DNA of 45,233 nt. Source: a bacterium (GTDB lineage Bacteria > Patescibacteriota > Patescibacteriia > Patescibacteriales > GWC2-42-12). The translations under genes and the position numbers were made by a program. The notes beneath the pieces were generated by a model, which was given only the letters and a program-made list of their open reading frames with translations, did not search any database and was not told the DNA's origin. Every line of letters begins with the position of its first letter. Position 1 is the first letter of the stretch. The DNA lies in assembly GCA_030650415.1 (NCBI GenBank), contig JAUSEG010000012.1:1-45233 (forward strand). Direction: 5' to 3'. Below, one piece after another: positions 26,668 through 36,349 of this stretch.

Positions 26668-29301
26668 TTATCTTGAAAAATATTTTCCATCATCATCGTC
26701 ATCCGGATCTTTTACGGTAGAGACCTCTTCTTCATCCGGCAGACTAACCATCTTTATTCTCTCTGGTTTGAAATTTTTTTGTTCACTCGCAATCTTTTTT
26801 TCTACCGGTTCATCGATTTCCGATTCGTCTTTATTATCTTCGGCTTTCTCTTCTTCAATTTCCGACTCGCCTTCCTTATCTTCTGCTTCGTCCTCGACTT
26901 CGGTTTCTTTAATTTCTTCTGTTTCAGCATCAGTCTCTTCTTCCGCTTCAGGTTCATCCTCCAAAGCTTCAGCGTCGGAGGACAGATATTCATCCGGTGC
27001 CACCGCTTCGGCTTGCTTATGCAGAGGCGCGCCTGCCTGCGCAGGCAGGCCGCTAATCCCTTGATTAATTATACTATCATACTGCTCGCGACTAATCAAA
27101 ACTTCTCGGGGCTTAGAGCCATTACCCGCGCCAATCACGCCGGCCTCTTCTAAAAGATCTAGGAGCCGAGCCGCTCGCGCGTAGCCGATGCTTAAGCGCC
27201 TCTGCAAATATGAAGCCGAAGCTTTCCCTGAATTAATGATTAACTCTTTGGCTTCAGACATTAATTCATCGTCGTCTTCACTCCCGTTGCCGTCTAAACC
27301 TACGCCCCCCATGCCCTTAACCTTTTGCCTTTCCGTAATATTTTCAATATATCGCGGCTCGCCGCCCTGATCTTTAATGTAGTTCACAATCCGCCTAATT
27401 TCATTTTCGCTGACGAAGGCGCCCTGCAATCTCTTCGGCTTGGAAATTTCCGCCGTGGTAAAAAGCATATCGCCTCGGCCCAAGAGTTTTTCCGCGCCCA
27501 AAGAATCTAAAATCGTGCGTGAATCAATGCCTGAAGCTACGGAAAAAGCGATGCGCGCCGGCATGTTGGCTTTAATTAAGCCGGTGATAACGTCAACGCT
27601 CGGCCTCTGGGTAGCTAAAACCAAATGGATACCCACTGCTCTGGCCATCTGCGCCAAACGGATAACGCCGGCTTCAACTTCTCGCCCTGACGCTACCATT
27701 AAATCAGCCAATTCGTCTATAATAAAAACGATAAACGGCATTTTGCCCGTCCCGAGCTTGCCGAGGCGGTCTTCACCCATTTCATTATAACTGCCAATAT
27801 TTCTCTTGCCTGATTTAGCCAAGGCTTCAAACCGCCGATCCATCTCGTTCAAGCACCATTTTAAAGCATTAATGGTTTTATTGACATCGGTAATCACCGG
27901 CGTTAAAAGATGCGGTATGCCGTTATAGACCGGCAGTTCAACCCGTTTTGGATCAACCATAATAAAACGCAAATCGTCCGGACTATTTTGATATAATAAA
28001 CTTATAATAATCGCGTTTAAGCAGACTGATTTACCGGAGTTAGTCGAACCGGCGACTAAAAGATGGGGCATTTTTGATAAATCGTCCAGCCAAACTTTTC
28101 CGGAAACGTCCTTGCCTAGAGCAATCATAATATTACTTTTTCTGGTTTTAAACATCTCGCCGGCTAAGACTTCGCGAAGTCCGACTATCGCCTTGGTTTG
28201 GTTCGGCACTTCCACGCCGACTAAAGATCGTCCCGGAATGGGCGCTTCAATTCTAATCGGGTGCGCGGCCAAAGACAGAGCCAAATCGTTGCTTAAGGTC
28301 GTAATCTTGGTTAATTTTATACCTTCGGCCGGTTTTAAAGTATATTGGGTAACGGTCGGACCAACGTTAACTTCTCCCATCTCTACCGGAATATTAAAAT
28401 TTTCCAGCGTCCGCTGGATAATCATCATGTTATTTTTAATATCGCCGGAAGTGGGTTTGCCGATTTTAGGGTTTAGTAAATCCATGGGCAAATCGATTCT
28501 GACATGAGTCGGTTGCCAGCTGCCGTCTCTTACTTCGGCTTTTTTAGTTCCTTTAAGTTCATTTTCAGCTTCATCTCTGCCGGCCTTGATTCTATGTTTA
28601 TGAAATCCCACCTCGCTCAAATCGCCGGTTAGATCGGTTTCATCTTCCGCTTCCAATTCCTCGTCCTCGGCCAGCTGATCGTTAGCGGACGGCTCTTCGA
28701 CCGAAGCTTCTTCTCGGGGACCAAAAATTTTATTGAAAACAAAATTTATCGGATAGAGCATCTTAGCAAACCAACTCTCTTGGCCGATGATCGATTCCAA
28801 AGTAGCATTAAACATGAGCATCAAAGAAATAAAAACCAGACAGACAATAAAAACTAGGCTAGCCCAAAAACCCATGATTTTCGTAAAAATAGTAATTATG
28901 CCAAACCCAAGGTAGCCGCCGCCCGCGCCCTGATAAACGGCCGCCTGCCAGTTATCTTGACCGACAAAAGTATGGAGCAGAGCGCCGAAGGAAATGACAA
29001 AAATAAATAAACCCAAATAGTTCGCGCCCCTAACCCAATCCTTGCCTCGATTATACATTAAAAAACCGATAACAAATAAAAAAACCGGAAAAATCCATTT
29101 ATCCCAGCCGAAGACGAAAACTATGCCCTTATTTAAATAACCGCCTAAACCCTCGGCCAAATTAAACAAGCTTAAGAGGCTGATGGCGCCGAAAGCTAAA
29201 ATTAAAATAATAAAAATCCCCCGTTTCATGTCCGGGTCTAAATCAACTTTGGGCAATCTTACATAATCCAAAGGATTGGCTTTTCTTCGGCGTCTAACCA
29301 T
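26668..29301 (-). CDS. ftsK: DNA translocase FtsK/SpoIIIE with acidic tail
   Basis: 4TM N-terminus, MPHLLVAGST.SGKS, IIDELADLM, ATQRPSVDV, gamma domain LQRRL.IGYARAARL. Confidence 0.96.
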   Translation of the reverse strand: MVRRRRKANPLDYVRLPKVDLDPDMKRGIFIILILAFGAISLLSLFNLAEGLGGYLNKGIVFVFGWDKWIFPVFLFVIGFLMYNRGKDWVRGANYLGLFIFVISFGALLHTFVGQDNWQAAVYQGAGGGYLGFGIITIFTKIMGFWASLVFIVCLVFISLMLMFNATLESIIGQESWFAKMLYPINFVFNKIFGPREEASVEEPSANDQLAEDEELEAEDETDLTGDLSEVGFHKHRIKAGRDEAENELKGTKKAEVRDGSWQPTHVRIDLPMDLLNPKIGKPTSGDIKNNMMIIQRTLENFNIPVEMGEVNVGPTVTQYTLKPAEGIKLTKITTLSNDLALSLAAHPIRIEAPIPGRSLVGVEVPNQTKAIVGLREVLAGEMFKTRKSNIMIALGKDVSGKVWLDDLSKMPHLLVAGSTNSGKSVCLNAIIISLLYQNSPDDLRFIMVDPKRVELPVYNGIPHLLTPVITDVNKTINALKWCLNEMDRRFEALAKSGKRNIGSYNEMGEDRLGKLGTGKMPFIVFIIDELADLMVASGREVEAGVIRLAQMARAVGIHLVLATQRPSVDVITGLIKANMPARIAFSVASGIDSRTILDSLGAEKLLGRGDMLFTTAEISKPKRLQGAFVSENEIRRIVNYIKDQGGEPRYIENITERQKVKGMGGVGLDGNGSEDDDELMSEAKELIINSGKASASYLQRRLSIGYARAARLLDLLEEAGVIGAGNGSKPREVLISREQYDSIINQGISGLPAQAGAPLHKQAEAVAPDEYLSSDAEALEDEPEAEEETDAETEEIKETEVEDEAEDKEGESEIEEEKAEDNKDESEIDEPVEKKIASEQKNFKPERIKMVSLPDEEEVSTVKDPDDDDDGKYFSR
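27031..27050. repeat. GCCTGCCTGC-GCAGGCAGGC palindrome in frame in ftsK
   Basis: Perfect 20-bp palindrome encoding LPAQAG. Confidence 0.88.
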
Positions 29302-29305
29302 CTTT

Positions 29306-29355
29306 TGTCATTGCGAGGAGCCCCGACGCTCTGGTCGGGGCGACGCGGCAATCTC
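29306..29355. repeat. TGTCATTGCGAG-type half element with a nested CCCCGAC hairpin
   Basis: TGTCATTGCGAGGAG-CCCCGAC-N6-GTCGGGG-CGACGCGGCAATCTC. Confidence 0.8.
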
Positions 29356-29451
29356 ATGTTAATTTATATTACTATTATATCATAATCCAGCCAATAAAAA
29401 AACCCGCGGTCATGGTTATCGCGGGTTGGCTCGATTAAGAGCTTCGTGGCT

Positions 29452-29700
29452 TCATTCCACGCGCGCGGTATAATAGTTGATCACATCCGAAACCGTCAGT
29501 AATTTGACGGCCTCCTCTTCCTGAAGGTCCTGGTTGAATTCTATTTCCAGAGCGAAGATTAGATCCCGCTTTGTTAAGCTATCGGCTGCAGAAGTTAAGG
29601 TAAACCTGCCAGTGACTAGTTCTTCTGCGCCAATTTTCAATTCTGCCGCGATCACCCTGATCACGCGTTGCTCTACGGTTTCTGCCATCATTACATTCAT
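29452..29700 (-). CDS. Acyl carrier protein-like (divergent)
   Basis: VEQRV..VIA.EL, ADSL, LE.EF, TV.DVI.Y. Confidence 0.78.
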   Translation of the reverse strand: MNVMMAETVEQRVIRVIAAELKIGAEELVTGRFTLTSAADSLTKRDLIFALEIEFNQDLQEEEAVKLLTVSDVINYYTARVE

Positions 29701-29778
29701 GGTTTTCCCCTCGATTTGTTGTTATGAGCAAGCTTCGCTTACTCGGTTGTTAGTTTGAAAGATCGCTTAGACTTCAAA

Positions 29779-29807
29779 ATATTAGCCAAATATCGGCCCT
29801 TTGTCAA
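29779..29807 (-). promoter_or_regulatory. Sigma70-like promoter
   Basis: TTGACA-17 nt-TAATAT. Confidence 0.6.
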
Positions 29808-29817
29808 CTATGTAAAA

Positions 29818-30366
29818 TTAAATTTTATAAATGTAGGTTAAGCTGGGTTTAGTGGCAAGAGTTTTTTCCACGCTCCAGCCGGGTATGGAAAAACCATAGG
29901 AAACGACGATAACGCCTTTTTTCAATTCCGTTTTTAGCTTGCGTCCGACCCGATCCATCACTTTACCAACCAAAAAAACAAAAACTGCGTCCGCCCGGCT
30001 TAAATCCTCCTGAAAAAAATTCTTCCGTTTTAAAATTACCGAGCTCCGCGAAGCGACTTTTCTAAACCAAGCTTTCATATAAGGATAGAGCGACAGTTCA
30101 TAGCCAACGGCTCGGCAGCCATATTTCTCGGCAATGAATAAAGCCCGCCCGTCGCCCGAGCCTAAATCATAAAGCAAGAAGTTTTTCGGCAGATTGATTT
30201 CTTTAAAAATTTTATCAAAATTCTCCCTCGAGTTTTTCGCCCAAGGCACGCCGGTGGTTAAATTAGTGTAAATTGAAAAAGCGGCCAGAAAGAAAAAAAT
30301 CAGACTACCAATTATAACTATCGCTAAAACTATTTTTAAAATTAAAATCAAGCTAAATATGCCCAT
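29818..30366 (-). CDS. Class I SAM-dependent methyltransferase, membrane anchored
   Basis: YDLGSGDGR, GYEL, ADAVFVFL, ELK.G..VVS..F. Confidence 0.88.
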   Translation of the reverse strand: MGIFSLILILKIVLAIVIIGSLIFFFLAAFSIYTNLTTGVPWAKNSRENFDKIFKEINLPKNFLLYDLGSGDGRALFIAEKYGCRAVGYELSLYPYMKAWFRKVASRSSVILKRKNFFQEDLSRADAVFVFLVGKVMDRVGRKLKTELKKGVIVVSYGFSIPGWSVEKTLATKPSLTYIYKI

Positions 30367-30465
30367 AAATAATTATTCATCATCTTTAATCTTACTACTT
30401 TACTTAATTTTGGCAAATAAAAAAGCCCCTTGAAGTTATCGCTGGGGCCATAAGAAAAGTACAAG

Positions 30466-30918
30466 CTACGTTCTTCCTCCTTTTCGTAGGCGGAATCGAC
30501 TTCCCGGTTTTTCCTTAAAACCGAGAGCGGTGAAGATCTTCTTCATTCCTTCATCCTGAACCCACGCTCCTGCGTCGGTATAATCAACCACGTGTAGATA
30601 AATATCGCAGAGCGCCCGTACAATGCGCATGCCAATTGCCAAGTTACTCCGTCCATCGTTTACCACCAAGTGACGAATCTCGGCACAAGAGAAGTTAAGA
30701 CCTCCTGACAGTGTAAGCACTCCCAAACCAACTACCCGTTGATTATCATTCCAAGCTAAGACAACCCCCATCTTCTCCATGCACTTCAAAAGATGCTCTT
30801 GGGTTATTGGTCGCGCATCATGCCGCTGAGTTATAAGTAACTGGTTAACATCACGCAGCATCGTGTCGTTGACTTCACTCATCTGAAGCCGCTCAACCCT
30901 GACGAGTCCGGTAAACAT
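30466..30918 (-). CDS. GNAT-fold protein (divergent)
   Basis: VVGLG.L, AEI.HLVV, GMRIV..L, F..LGF. Confidence 0.6.
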   Translation of the reverse strand: MFTGLVRVERLQMSEVNDTMLRDVNQLLITQRHDARPITQEHLLKCMEKMGVVLAWNDNQRVVGLGVLTLSGGLNFSCAEIRHLVVNDGRSNLAIGMRIVRALCDIYLHVVDYTDAGAWVQDEGMKKIFTALGFKEKPGSRFRLRKGGRT

Positions 30919-31120
30919 ATGGATCCTTTCGTTTTGTTGTTGGTGGATTATTACGCTCTCTCAAAATGTTACATAAATTTAATGAGCGAGATTAGTATTA
31001 TTCATAGCACCAAAATTTATTAATGTCAATCTCTCTCTTTGGCTCTCTCTTTGGCTAAAAAAAACCTAAAAAAACCAATAGTACAAATCGACCATCTTCT
31101 GGCCCAGGCAGAGATAATTT

Positions 31121-33991
31121 CTATTTATGCCTATACGCTCTAATAAATAACCCGACTAAAACAATTATCACACCCCCAGCGATTATCAGCAAATATTTAA
31201 ATAATTCGAGCTTCCTATCACGCTCCGCGACTGCCCACTCTTTCGCTTCAATCGTCTCGCCTAAAACTTGCGGCTCCAGATCGGTTGCGCCGGCGTCTTT
31301 TTTAACGATGTCCGACTGATAGCGCGGCAGCAGTCTTAAGCCGGTTGGCGTCTTGCTTAAAATACCGGTTATCGCTACCGCCTGGCCGGGTTTTAAATCT
31401 TTCGTATCCAGACCGGCGCCTTTTTTAAAATAAACCAAAATTTCATCGTTGCCGTCGTCTAAGTAAGCCGTATAGGCTTTTTTAGAAGTTATTTCGCCGG
31501 TAATGGTAATCAACTGGCCGATATTTTCTTCGCTAACCGCGTCAGAGCTTAAAACCAATGGCGTAGGCGCCGGCTTATGCTCTATTATATTAATGTCGTT
31601 TTTATCCTTGGTTTTTATTCTAAGCTCCTCCTGCGTTAGCGCCAGCTCGCCGCTCACCTCTATATAATCGCCAACTTTCAGAATAGGAAAATCTTTTTTA
31701 TAATTATAAATTTGTATGCCCGATGAAGAGGTGGCAATATAGAATATTTGGACGCCTAAGATCCCCGGCTCCACCGCTACCGTGCCATTAACTTTTACCA
31801 AGCTGCCAATCTCCAGATCTTTAACTTTTTCCAAGTTCATGGCAATATAACTATCCGCATTTCCCATTATTCCTAATTCATTATTCATAATTCCAGTCTG
31901 ACTGCCGGTCAAACTGATAACATTTTCCCGCGCCGGCGTTAGTTTAGTCGTCCAGAACCATCTGCCGTTGGCTCCGCGCGCGTAAGTCTCGCCCTGAAGC
32001 GCTCCGTTATATTCCACCCGGTCAATCAATTCGTCCAAATTATTATATAAGCTGATGGTATCGCTCTCATTTTTAAACGCCAGCCGGCTTTCCGCGTTGG
32101 TTAGCAGGTAAAAATTTTCCGTGTCCAGCCATAAATCATTTTTAAATTTAAACTTGCCGTTGCTGTTTTCCAATCGCCAATTTAGCAAATTAATTTTACT
32201 AAGCCCCTGATTTTTAAGTTCTGCCCATTCTTTGCCAGTATCCGCGCCGGCCGGATTGGGTAAAATTTCATTAATTACAATATTGTCATTGCGAGCGACC
32301 GCCTCTGTATTGTCATTCCCGCGTAGGCGGGAATCCAGAACTTCAACTACCTCGCCAACACTGCCAACAATTTTCACACTCTTTTCTTTAGTGCTAGTGG
32401 CCTGGCCGTCGCTTACCGCCAAGCTTACCTTATATATTCCGCTCTTAAAAAAGGTATGCTCCGGACTATCTAAATTATTTTTAAAGCCATCGCCAAAATC
32501 CCAAGCATATTTTAATTTATCACTATCTATATCATCAGTATCAGAGGAATCAAACCTAACCGGCTGACCGACTAAAGCTTCGCCAGGCGAGCTGAATTCA
32601 ACCTCTGGCGCGTGATTAACCGCTTTAATAACATTAGCCGCGCCCGGCGTCGGTGTCTCGCTCCAGATCCAATTACCCCCTTGATAAAGGGGGCTAGGGG
32701 GATTATTCATATCCAAATTATAGCTCCAACCTTCCTTTACATCCTTATATGAAACGATTTGCGTCGGCTTATCAGCTAGGGGTTCATACAATTTAATTTC
32801 GCCCTGATCATTATGCAGAACCAGCTTTGATTTGGGCCGAAAAAAAGCCAGAAATTCTCCGGCCTTGATGATCGTGCTGGTGGCAATTTTTTCTAAACTG
32901 ATTTTTTTATTATCTTCATTGCTTAGGCTCCAGCCGATTAAATTTATATCGCGCGCGCCGGCGTTATAAATTTCTATAAATTCCAATTTAGTGTCGTCGC
33001 CGGCCGGATTAGGCAGTATTTCGGAAATAAAAACATCATCGCTAAAATCAAACCCCGCTCTGGCCTCCGCGCTTGCTTCGTCTTCAATCTGAATAATATT
33101 ACTGGCGCCCTTAGTTGAGTTAACAGTAATGGAAAAATCGTTGGCATTATTAAAAGTATTATAGCCGTCAAATTTTCTGGCCACGCTAGCCGGGTCGCTG
33201 GCCGCCGGCGCGTTATCGGTCAAATTACCGTCATCCCAGTTGCCGTAAGCTACCTGGTCAATTATTTTTCCGCTGGCATCGTATAAAACAACTAAATCCC
33301 CGTCATTATTTAAAACGCCGGCCGGTTTTTCAATTACTTTGTATTTACCCGAACCGCTAGCGGCCAGACTGCCGCTTAAATTGGTCTTAGCTTTACTGCC
33401 GTCTTCAAGCCGCCAGCCGGTTAAATCTATTTCTCCGCTCGTTTTATTATATAGCTCAATCCACTCTACTTCGCCGTCTGCCGGATCGGAAACCAACTCG
33501 TTAATTACCACGTCACCCAGCGCGTCGGCCGCTCCGCGCGTCGGCGGCGGGGGAAGGATTATTTCTTCTTCGGTCGAAGTGGCTGTGTCGGCTTCTATCT
33601 GGCAGGCGGCGCTGCAGCCGTCGCCATTTGCCAAATTGCCGTCATCGCATTCTTCCTCGGAATCCAGCTGTCCGTCGCCGCAAACCGGCGCGATGATTTC
33701 ATTAACCACGGTTATTAAATCTTTAAGGCTGTCAAAAGTCGCCTGCTTAATCCCAACGACATTCATTATATCTTCAATTTTCTCAAACAATTTTATATTG
33801 CGATAATCAATAATCGCCTGCGCTTTAGCCTCCCCGATGCCGGGCAGAGTATCCAACTCGACCAGAGTGGCCGTGTTAATATTTATTTTACCCGAAGCTT
33901 CAATTTTTTGGCCACAAAAAAATCCCGCGCCAACTATGGCCAGGATTACAATAATTTGTACCAAATAAAAATCCCCTCCTTGTCGCCGCAT
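31121..33991 (-). CDS. Surface protein: ComEA-like HhH, Cys-rich repeat, three lamin-tail domains, PKD, OB folds, C-terminal TM
   Basis: ININTA..EL.TLPGIG..KA..II.YR; CGDG..EECDDGN..GDGCS; three INE/ISE..EWIE-type units; Y.WDFGDG. Confidence 0.88.
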   Translation of the reverse strand: MRRQGGDFYLVQIIVILAIVGAGFFCGQKIEASGKININTATLVELDTLPGIGEAKAQAIIDYRNIKLFEKIEDIMNVVGIKQATFDSLKDLITVVNEIIAPVCGDGQLDSEEECDDGNLANGDGCSAACQIEADTATSTEEEIILPPPPTRGAADALGDVVINELVSDPADGEVEWIELYNKTSGEIDLTGWRLEDGSKAKTNLSGSLAASGSGKYKVIEKPAGVLNNDGDLVVLYDASGKIIDQVAYGNWDDGNLTDNAPAASDPASVARKFDGYNTFNNANDFSITVNSTKGASNIIQIEDEASAEARAGFDFSDDVFISEILPNPAGDDTKLEFIEIYNAGARDINLIGWSLSNEDNKKISLEKIATSTIIKAGEFLAFFRPKSKLVLHNDQGEIKLYEPLADKPTQIVSYKDVKEGWSYNLDMNNPPSPLYQGGNWIWSETPTPGAANVIKAVNHAPEVEFSSPGEALVGQPVRFDSSDTDDIDSDKLKYAWDFGDGFKNNLDSPEHTFFKSGIYKVSLAVSDGQATSTKEKSVKIVGSVGEVVEVLDSRLRGNDNTEAVARNDNIVINEILPNPAGADTGKEWAELKNQGLSKINLLNWRLENSNGKFKFKNDLWLDTENFYLLTNAESRLAFKNESDTISLYNNLDELIDRVEYNGALQGETYARGANGRWFWTTKLTPARENVISLTGSQTGIMNNELGIMGNADSYIAMNLEKVKDLEIGSLVKVNGTVAVEPGILGVQIFYIATSSSGIQIYNYKKDFPILKVGDYIEVSGELALTQEELRIKTKDKNDINIIEHKPAPTPLVLSSDAVSEENIGQLITITGEITSKKAYTAYLDDGNDEILVYFKKGAGLDTKDLKPGQAVAITGILSKTPTGLRLLPRYQSDIVKKDAGATDLEPQVLGETIEAKEWAVAERDRKLELFKYLLIIAGGVIIVLVGLFIRAYRHK
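32284..32338. repeat. Composite TGTCAT element fragment in frame in the surface protein
   Basis: TGTCATTGCGAGCGACC-N10-TGTCATTCCCGCGTAGGCGGGAATCCAG, encoding LDSRLRGNDNTEAVARND. Confidence 0.88.
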
Positions 33992-34071
33992 AGTATTTTA
34001 ATTATATTTTATACCTCAATTTTAGCACAAAAAATCAAAATATAAAAACTCATTATTCCTAATTCATTATT

Positions 34072-34758
34072 CTACTTTATCACCGTGCCTTTAAATTTCT
34101 CGCCGTCCAAATAATTTTTTAAATTTTTAATGTTTTTGCCATTCATAATTACTACCTCTAAGCCGAGTTCCGAAGACTTCTTGGCCGCTACCGGATCAAA
34201 CGGCGAGTTCAAGCCCGGCGACCACTTATTGCCCACTAATTTTCTAAATTCCGGCCAAGCCATCTTTAATTTTATTTTTGCGTCCTTATGCTTATTCGGA
34301 TCTTTATCGTAAACATAATCGATATTGGAAAGATTAATAATGGTTTTAACACCATATTCCTTTGCTAAAATAGTCGCCACATAATCGGTTGACCGGCCCG
34401 GCTTCCAGCCAGAAGCCACGATGATATTTTTCTGGCTGGATAATTTAATGGTTGGATTTTTAATAATTTCCAGGTTAGCTTGCTCGCGAAAAATCGTTCT
34501 TAAGAGTTGGGCGTTTAAGCGAGTGGCATGAATGCCCAGCCAGTCCAAATCTTCTTTATCAATTTCTATTACTTTAGAAGCCGCGGCAATATAATTTCTG
34601 CAGGTTTTTCCCCCGCCGGCAATTAAAAAAAACTTATGGCCTTTTTTTATTTCTTCAATAATTAATGTCCTCAAGTCTTTTAAAAAATGCCAATCCACGC
34701 CTTCGGGCGGAACGATCAGCGAGCCGCCGATGGAAATAATGTAAGTTTTTTTATTCAT
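34072..34758 (-). CDS. pyrH: Uridylate kinase (archaeal-type)
   Basis: ISIGGS, GGGK..R.YI, D.LGI.ATRLNA, PG.STD, VYDKDP, FDPVA. Confidence 0.9.
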   Translation of the reverse strand: MNKKTYIISIGGSLIVPPEGVDWHFLKDLRTLIIEEIKKGHKFFLIAGGGKTCRNYIAAASKVIEIDKEDLDWLGIHATRLNAQLLRTIFREQANLEIIKNPTIKLSSQKNIIVASGWKPGRSTDYVATILAKEYGVKTIINLSNIDYVYDKDPNKHKDAKIKLKMAWPEFRKLVGNKWSPGLNSPFDPVAAKKSSELGLEVVIMNGKNIKNLKNYLDGEKFKGTVIK

Positions 34759-34768
34759 AATTTGTCAT

Positions 34769-34894
34769 CAGACTGTCCGAAAATTGTCATGCTGGAGGGA
34801 GCGAGGAACGAGCGACCGATAGCATCTCTTCAAACAAAAAGGGATTCTATCGCTCCGCTCCAGAATGACAAATTAGAAATTTTCGGACAGTCTG
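34769..34894. mobile_element. MITE-like element with perfect 17-bp TIRs enclosing a TGTCAT element
   Basis: CAGACTGTCCGAAAATT ... AATTTTCGGACAGTCTG; inner element 34785-34870. Confidence 0.8.
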
Positions 34895-35011
34895 CCAGAT
34901 TTTTACACTAATAATAATTATTTGTTGCTTTTATTTTACCATTTAAAAATACTTTTGTAAAAAATTTAAAATGTCTGGCATGTCATAATTTACTGTTATA
35001 TTACCTAACTA

Positions 35012-35040
35012 TTGACTTTTTTTACTAAGTATGTTATTAT
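35012..35040 (+). promoter_or_regulatory. Sigma70-like promoter
   Basis: TTGACT-17 nt-TATTAT with an extended TG. Confidence 0.6.
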
Positions 35041-35087
35041 GTTTACCAAGCAGTAAAACCAAAAAATAAACAAAAGAGACTCAAAAA

Positions 35088-35432
35088 ATGAGAACAAGTC
35101 GAGCCAGAAGACATGATTACCTCCGCGGAGAACCGCAGGTAAACCTGGAGCCATTGCTCCGAAGACTTTTCACAAACTCCCCAGCACGAAGGCCAGAAAA
35201 CGACCATCCAACGCGTCACGTGCAAGGGGGCGAACCCCTACCCATGCTCCCACTGGAGGGAAAAAAATCCTCATTCTTCCCGCTAGGGCTGAAGCCCTGG
35301 TGGAAGAACGAGCCGGAAGCGATGCGCACCGTCCTCGTGGCCATAGTCATCTTTGCGGCAGCCGGCCTTGTCGCCCTCCCCTTTTTGGACTATCTGGTGG
35401 ACCAGATACATTCCCTAATAATGGGAAAATAA
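35088..35432 (+). CDS. Hypothetical protein with C-terminal TM helix
   Basis: Lies between the promoter at 35012 and the terminator at 35439. Confidence 0.55.
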   Translation: MRTSRARRHDYLRGEPQVNLEPLLRRLFTNSPARRPENDHPTRHVQGGEPLPMLPLEGKKSSFFPLGLKPWWKNEPEAMRTVLVAIVIFAAAGLVALPFLDYLVDQIHSLIMGK

Positions 35433-35438
35433 TCTCAC

Positions 35439-35481
35439 GGCGCTGGAAGACAACGAATGTCTTCCGGCGCCTCTTTTTTTT
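35439..35481 (+). terminator. Intrinsic terminator
   Basis: GGCGCTGGAAGACA-acgaa-TGTCTTCCGGCGCC followed by a T tract. Confidence 0.8.
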
Positions 35482-35552
35482 AAATAAAAAAACGGCTTTG
35501 TCTTATGACAGGCGCCGTTGAGCCTTGTTTATTTTATTCAAATCATCTTGCG

Positions 35553-36314
35553 TCACTTAGCCGCCTGCTGGCGAGCCAGGAACGCCTTGCCCTTGCCCAC
35601 CTCCGTATTAATCGGAACACCGGCCGCGCAGAGCGGACAACCGATTTCGTCGAAGGCGTCGAGCTTGACGTTGACGAGCGAAACAAATTTTGGCGGATTG
35701 CCAACCTGCTCGGCCGTAATCCCGCCGCGATTGCAGAGAGCCGCGAGACCCACGACGTTGCCGCCGAGAGCGCGAACCGCTTCAACGACCATTTTCGCCG
35801 ACTGGCCGGTAGTAAGAACATCCTCCACCACCAGAATTTTTCTCCCAGCCACGAGCTTGTCGTAGCCGCGTTTGATAACGAAACTCGGCTTCTTGATAAG
35901 CAACTCCCAGCCTGCTTCGATGAAAACCAAACGGCCGGTGTCGCCGACCATTATGCCTTCGTGCCTATCAAGTTTGAGCAAGGACTTTTCCTCGTGTTCG
36001 GCGTAAACGCCCAAAACTTCCAGGTGATCAACTCCGGCGCGCGCCCGAATATCCGTCAAGTTATATGCCACCCATTGCGAGAGAATTACCCCGCCGATCG
36101 CTGGCGCGACCACCACCTCGGGTTCTTCTTCGAAAAACAATTGAGCGATCATTCCACAGAGCCGCGACGTCGCGAGCGTATGCGGATAGATTGCATCCTT
36201 GTTGACATAAGCCGAGCCATGTTTGCCTGAAGCGTAAACGACATGGCTGTTGGTAATAACCGCGCTGACCTCATTGAGAATTTCCAGCGCTTGCTGTTCT
36301 AATGTGAAGATCAT
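35553..36314 (-). CDS. pyrE: Orotate phosphoribosyltransferase with loop insertion
   Basis: H.V.ASGKH...Y, PAIGG, PRPP motif LVVEDVLTTGQS, CPLC; downstream of pyrF. Confidence 0.88.
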   Translation of the reverse strand: MIFTLEQQALEILNEVSAVITNSHVVYASGKHGSAYVNKDAIYPHTLATSRLCGMIAQLFFEEEPEVVVAPAIGGVILSQWVAYNLTDIRARAGVDHLEVLGVYAEHEEKSLLKLDRHEGIMVGDTGRLVFIEAGWELLIKKPSFVIKRGYDKLVAGRKILVVEDVLTTGQSAKMVVEAVRALGGNVVGLAALCNRGGITAEQVGNPPKFVSLVNVKLDAFDEIGCPLCAAGVPINTEVGKGKAFLARQQAAK

Positions 36315-36349
36315 AGACTTTCGTTGCCTTTCCTTTCGGTTTGTTCTGT

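Noticed and set aside
31032-31055. TCTCTCTTTGGC tandem duplicate
   Set aside because: Short low-complexity slippage with no other copies noticed.
34687-34911. Short ORFs over repeat elements (also 38080-38370 and 41978-42184)
   Set aside because: Translations of palindromic elements with no independent coding evidence.
35505-36230. 241-aa plus-strand ORF
   Set aside because: Antisense shadow of the GC-rich pyrE.
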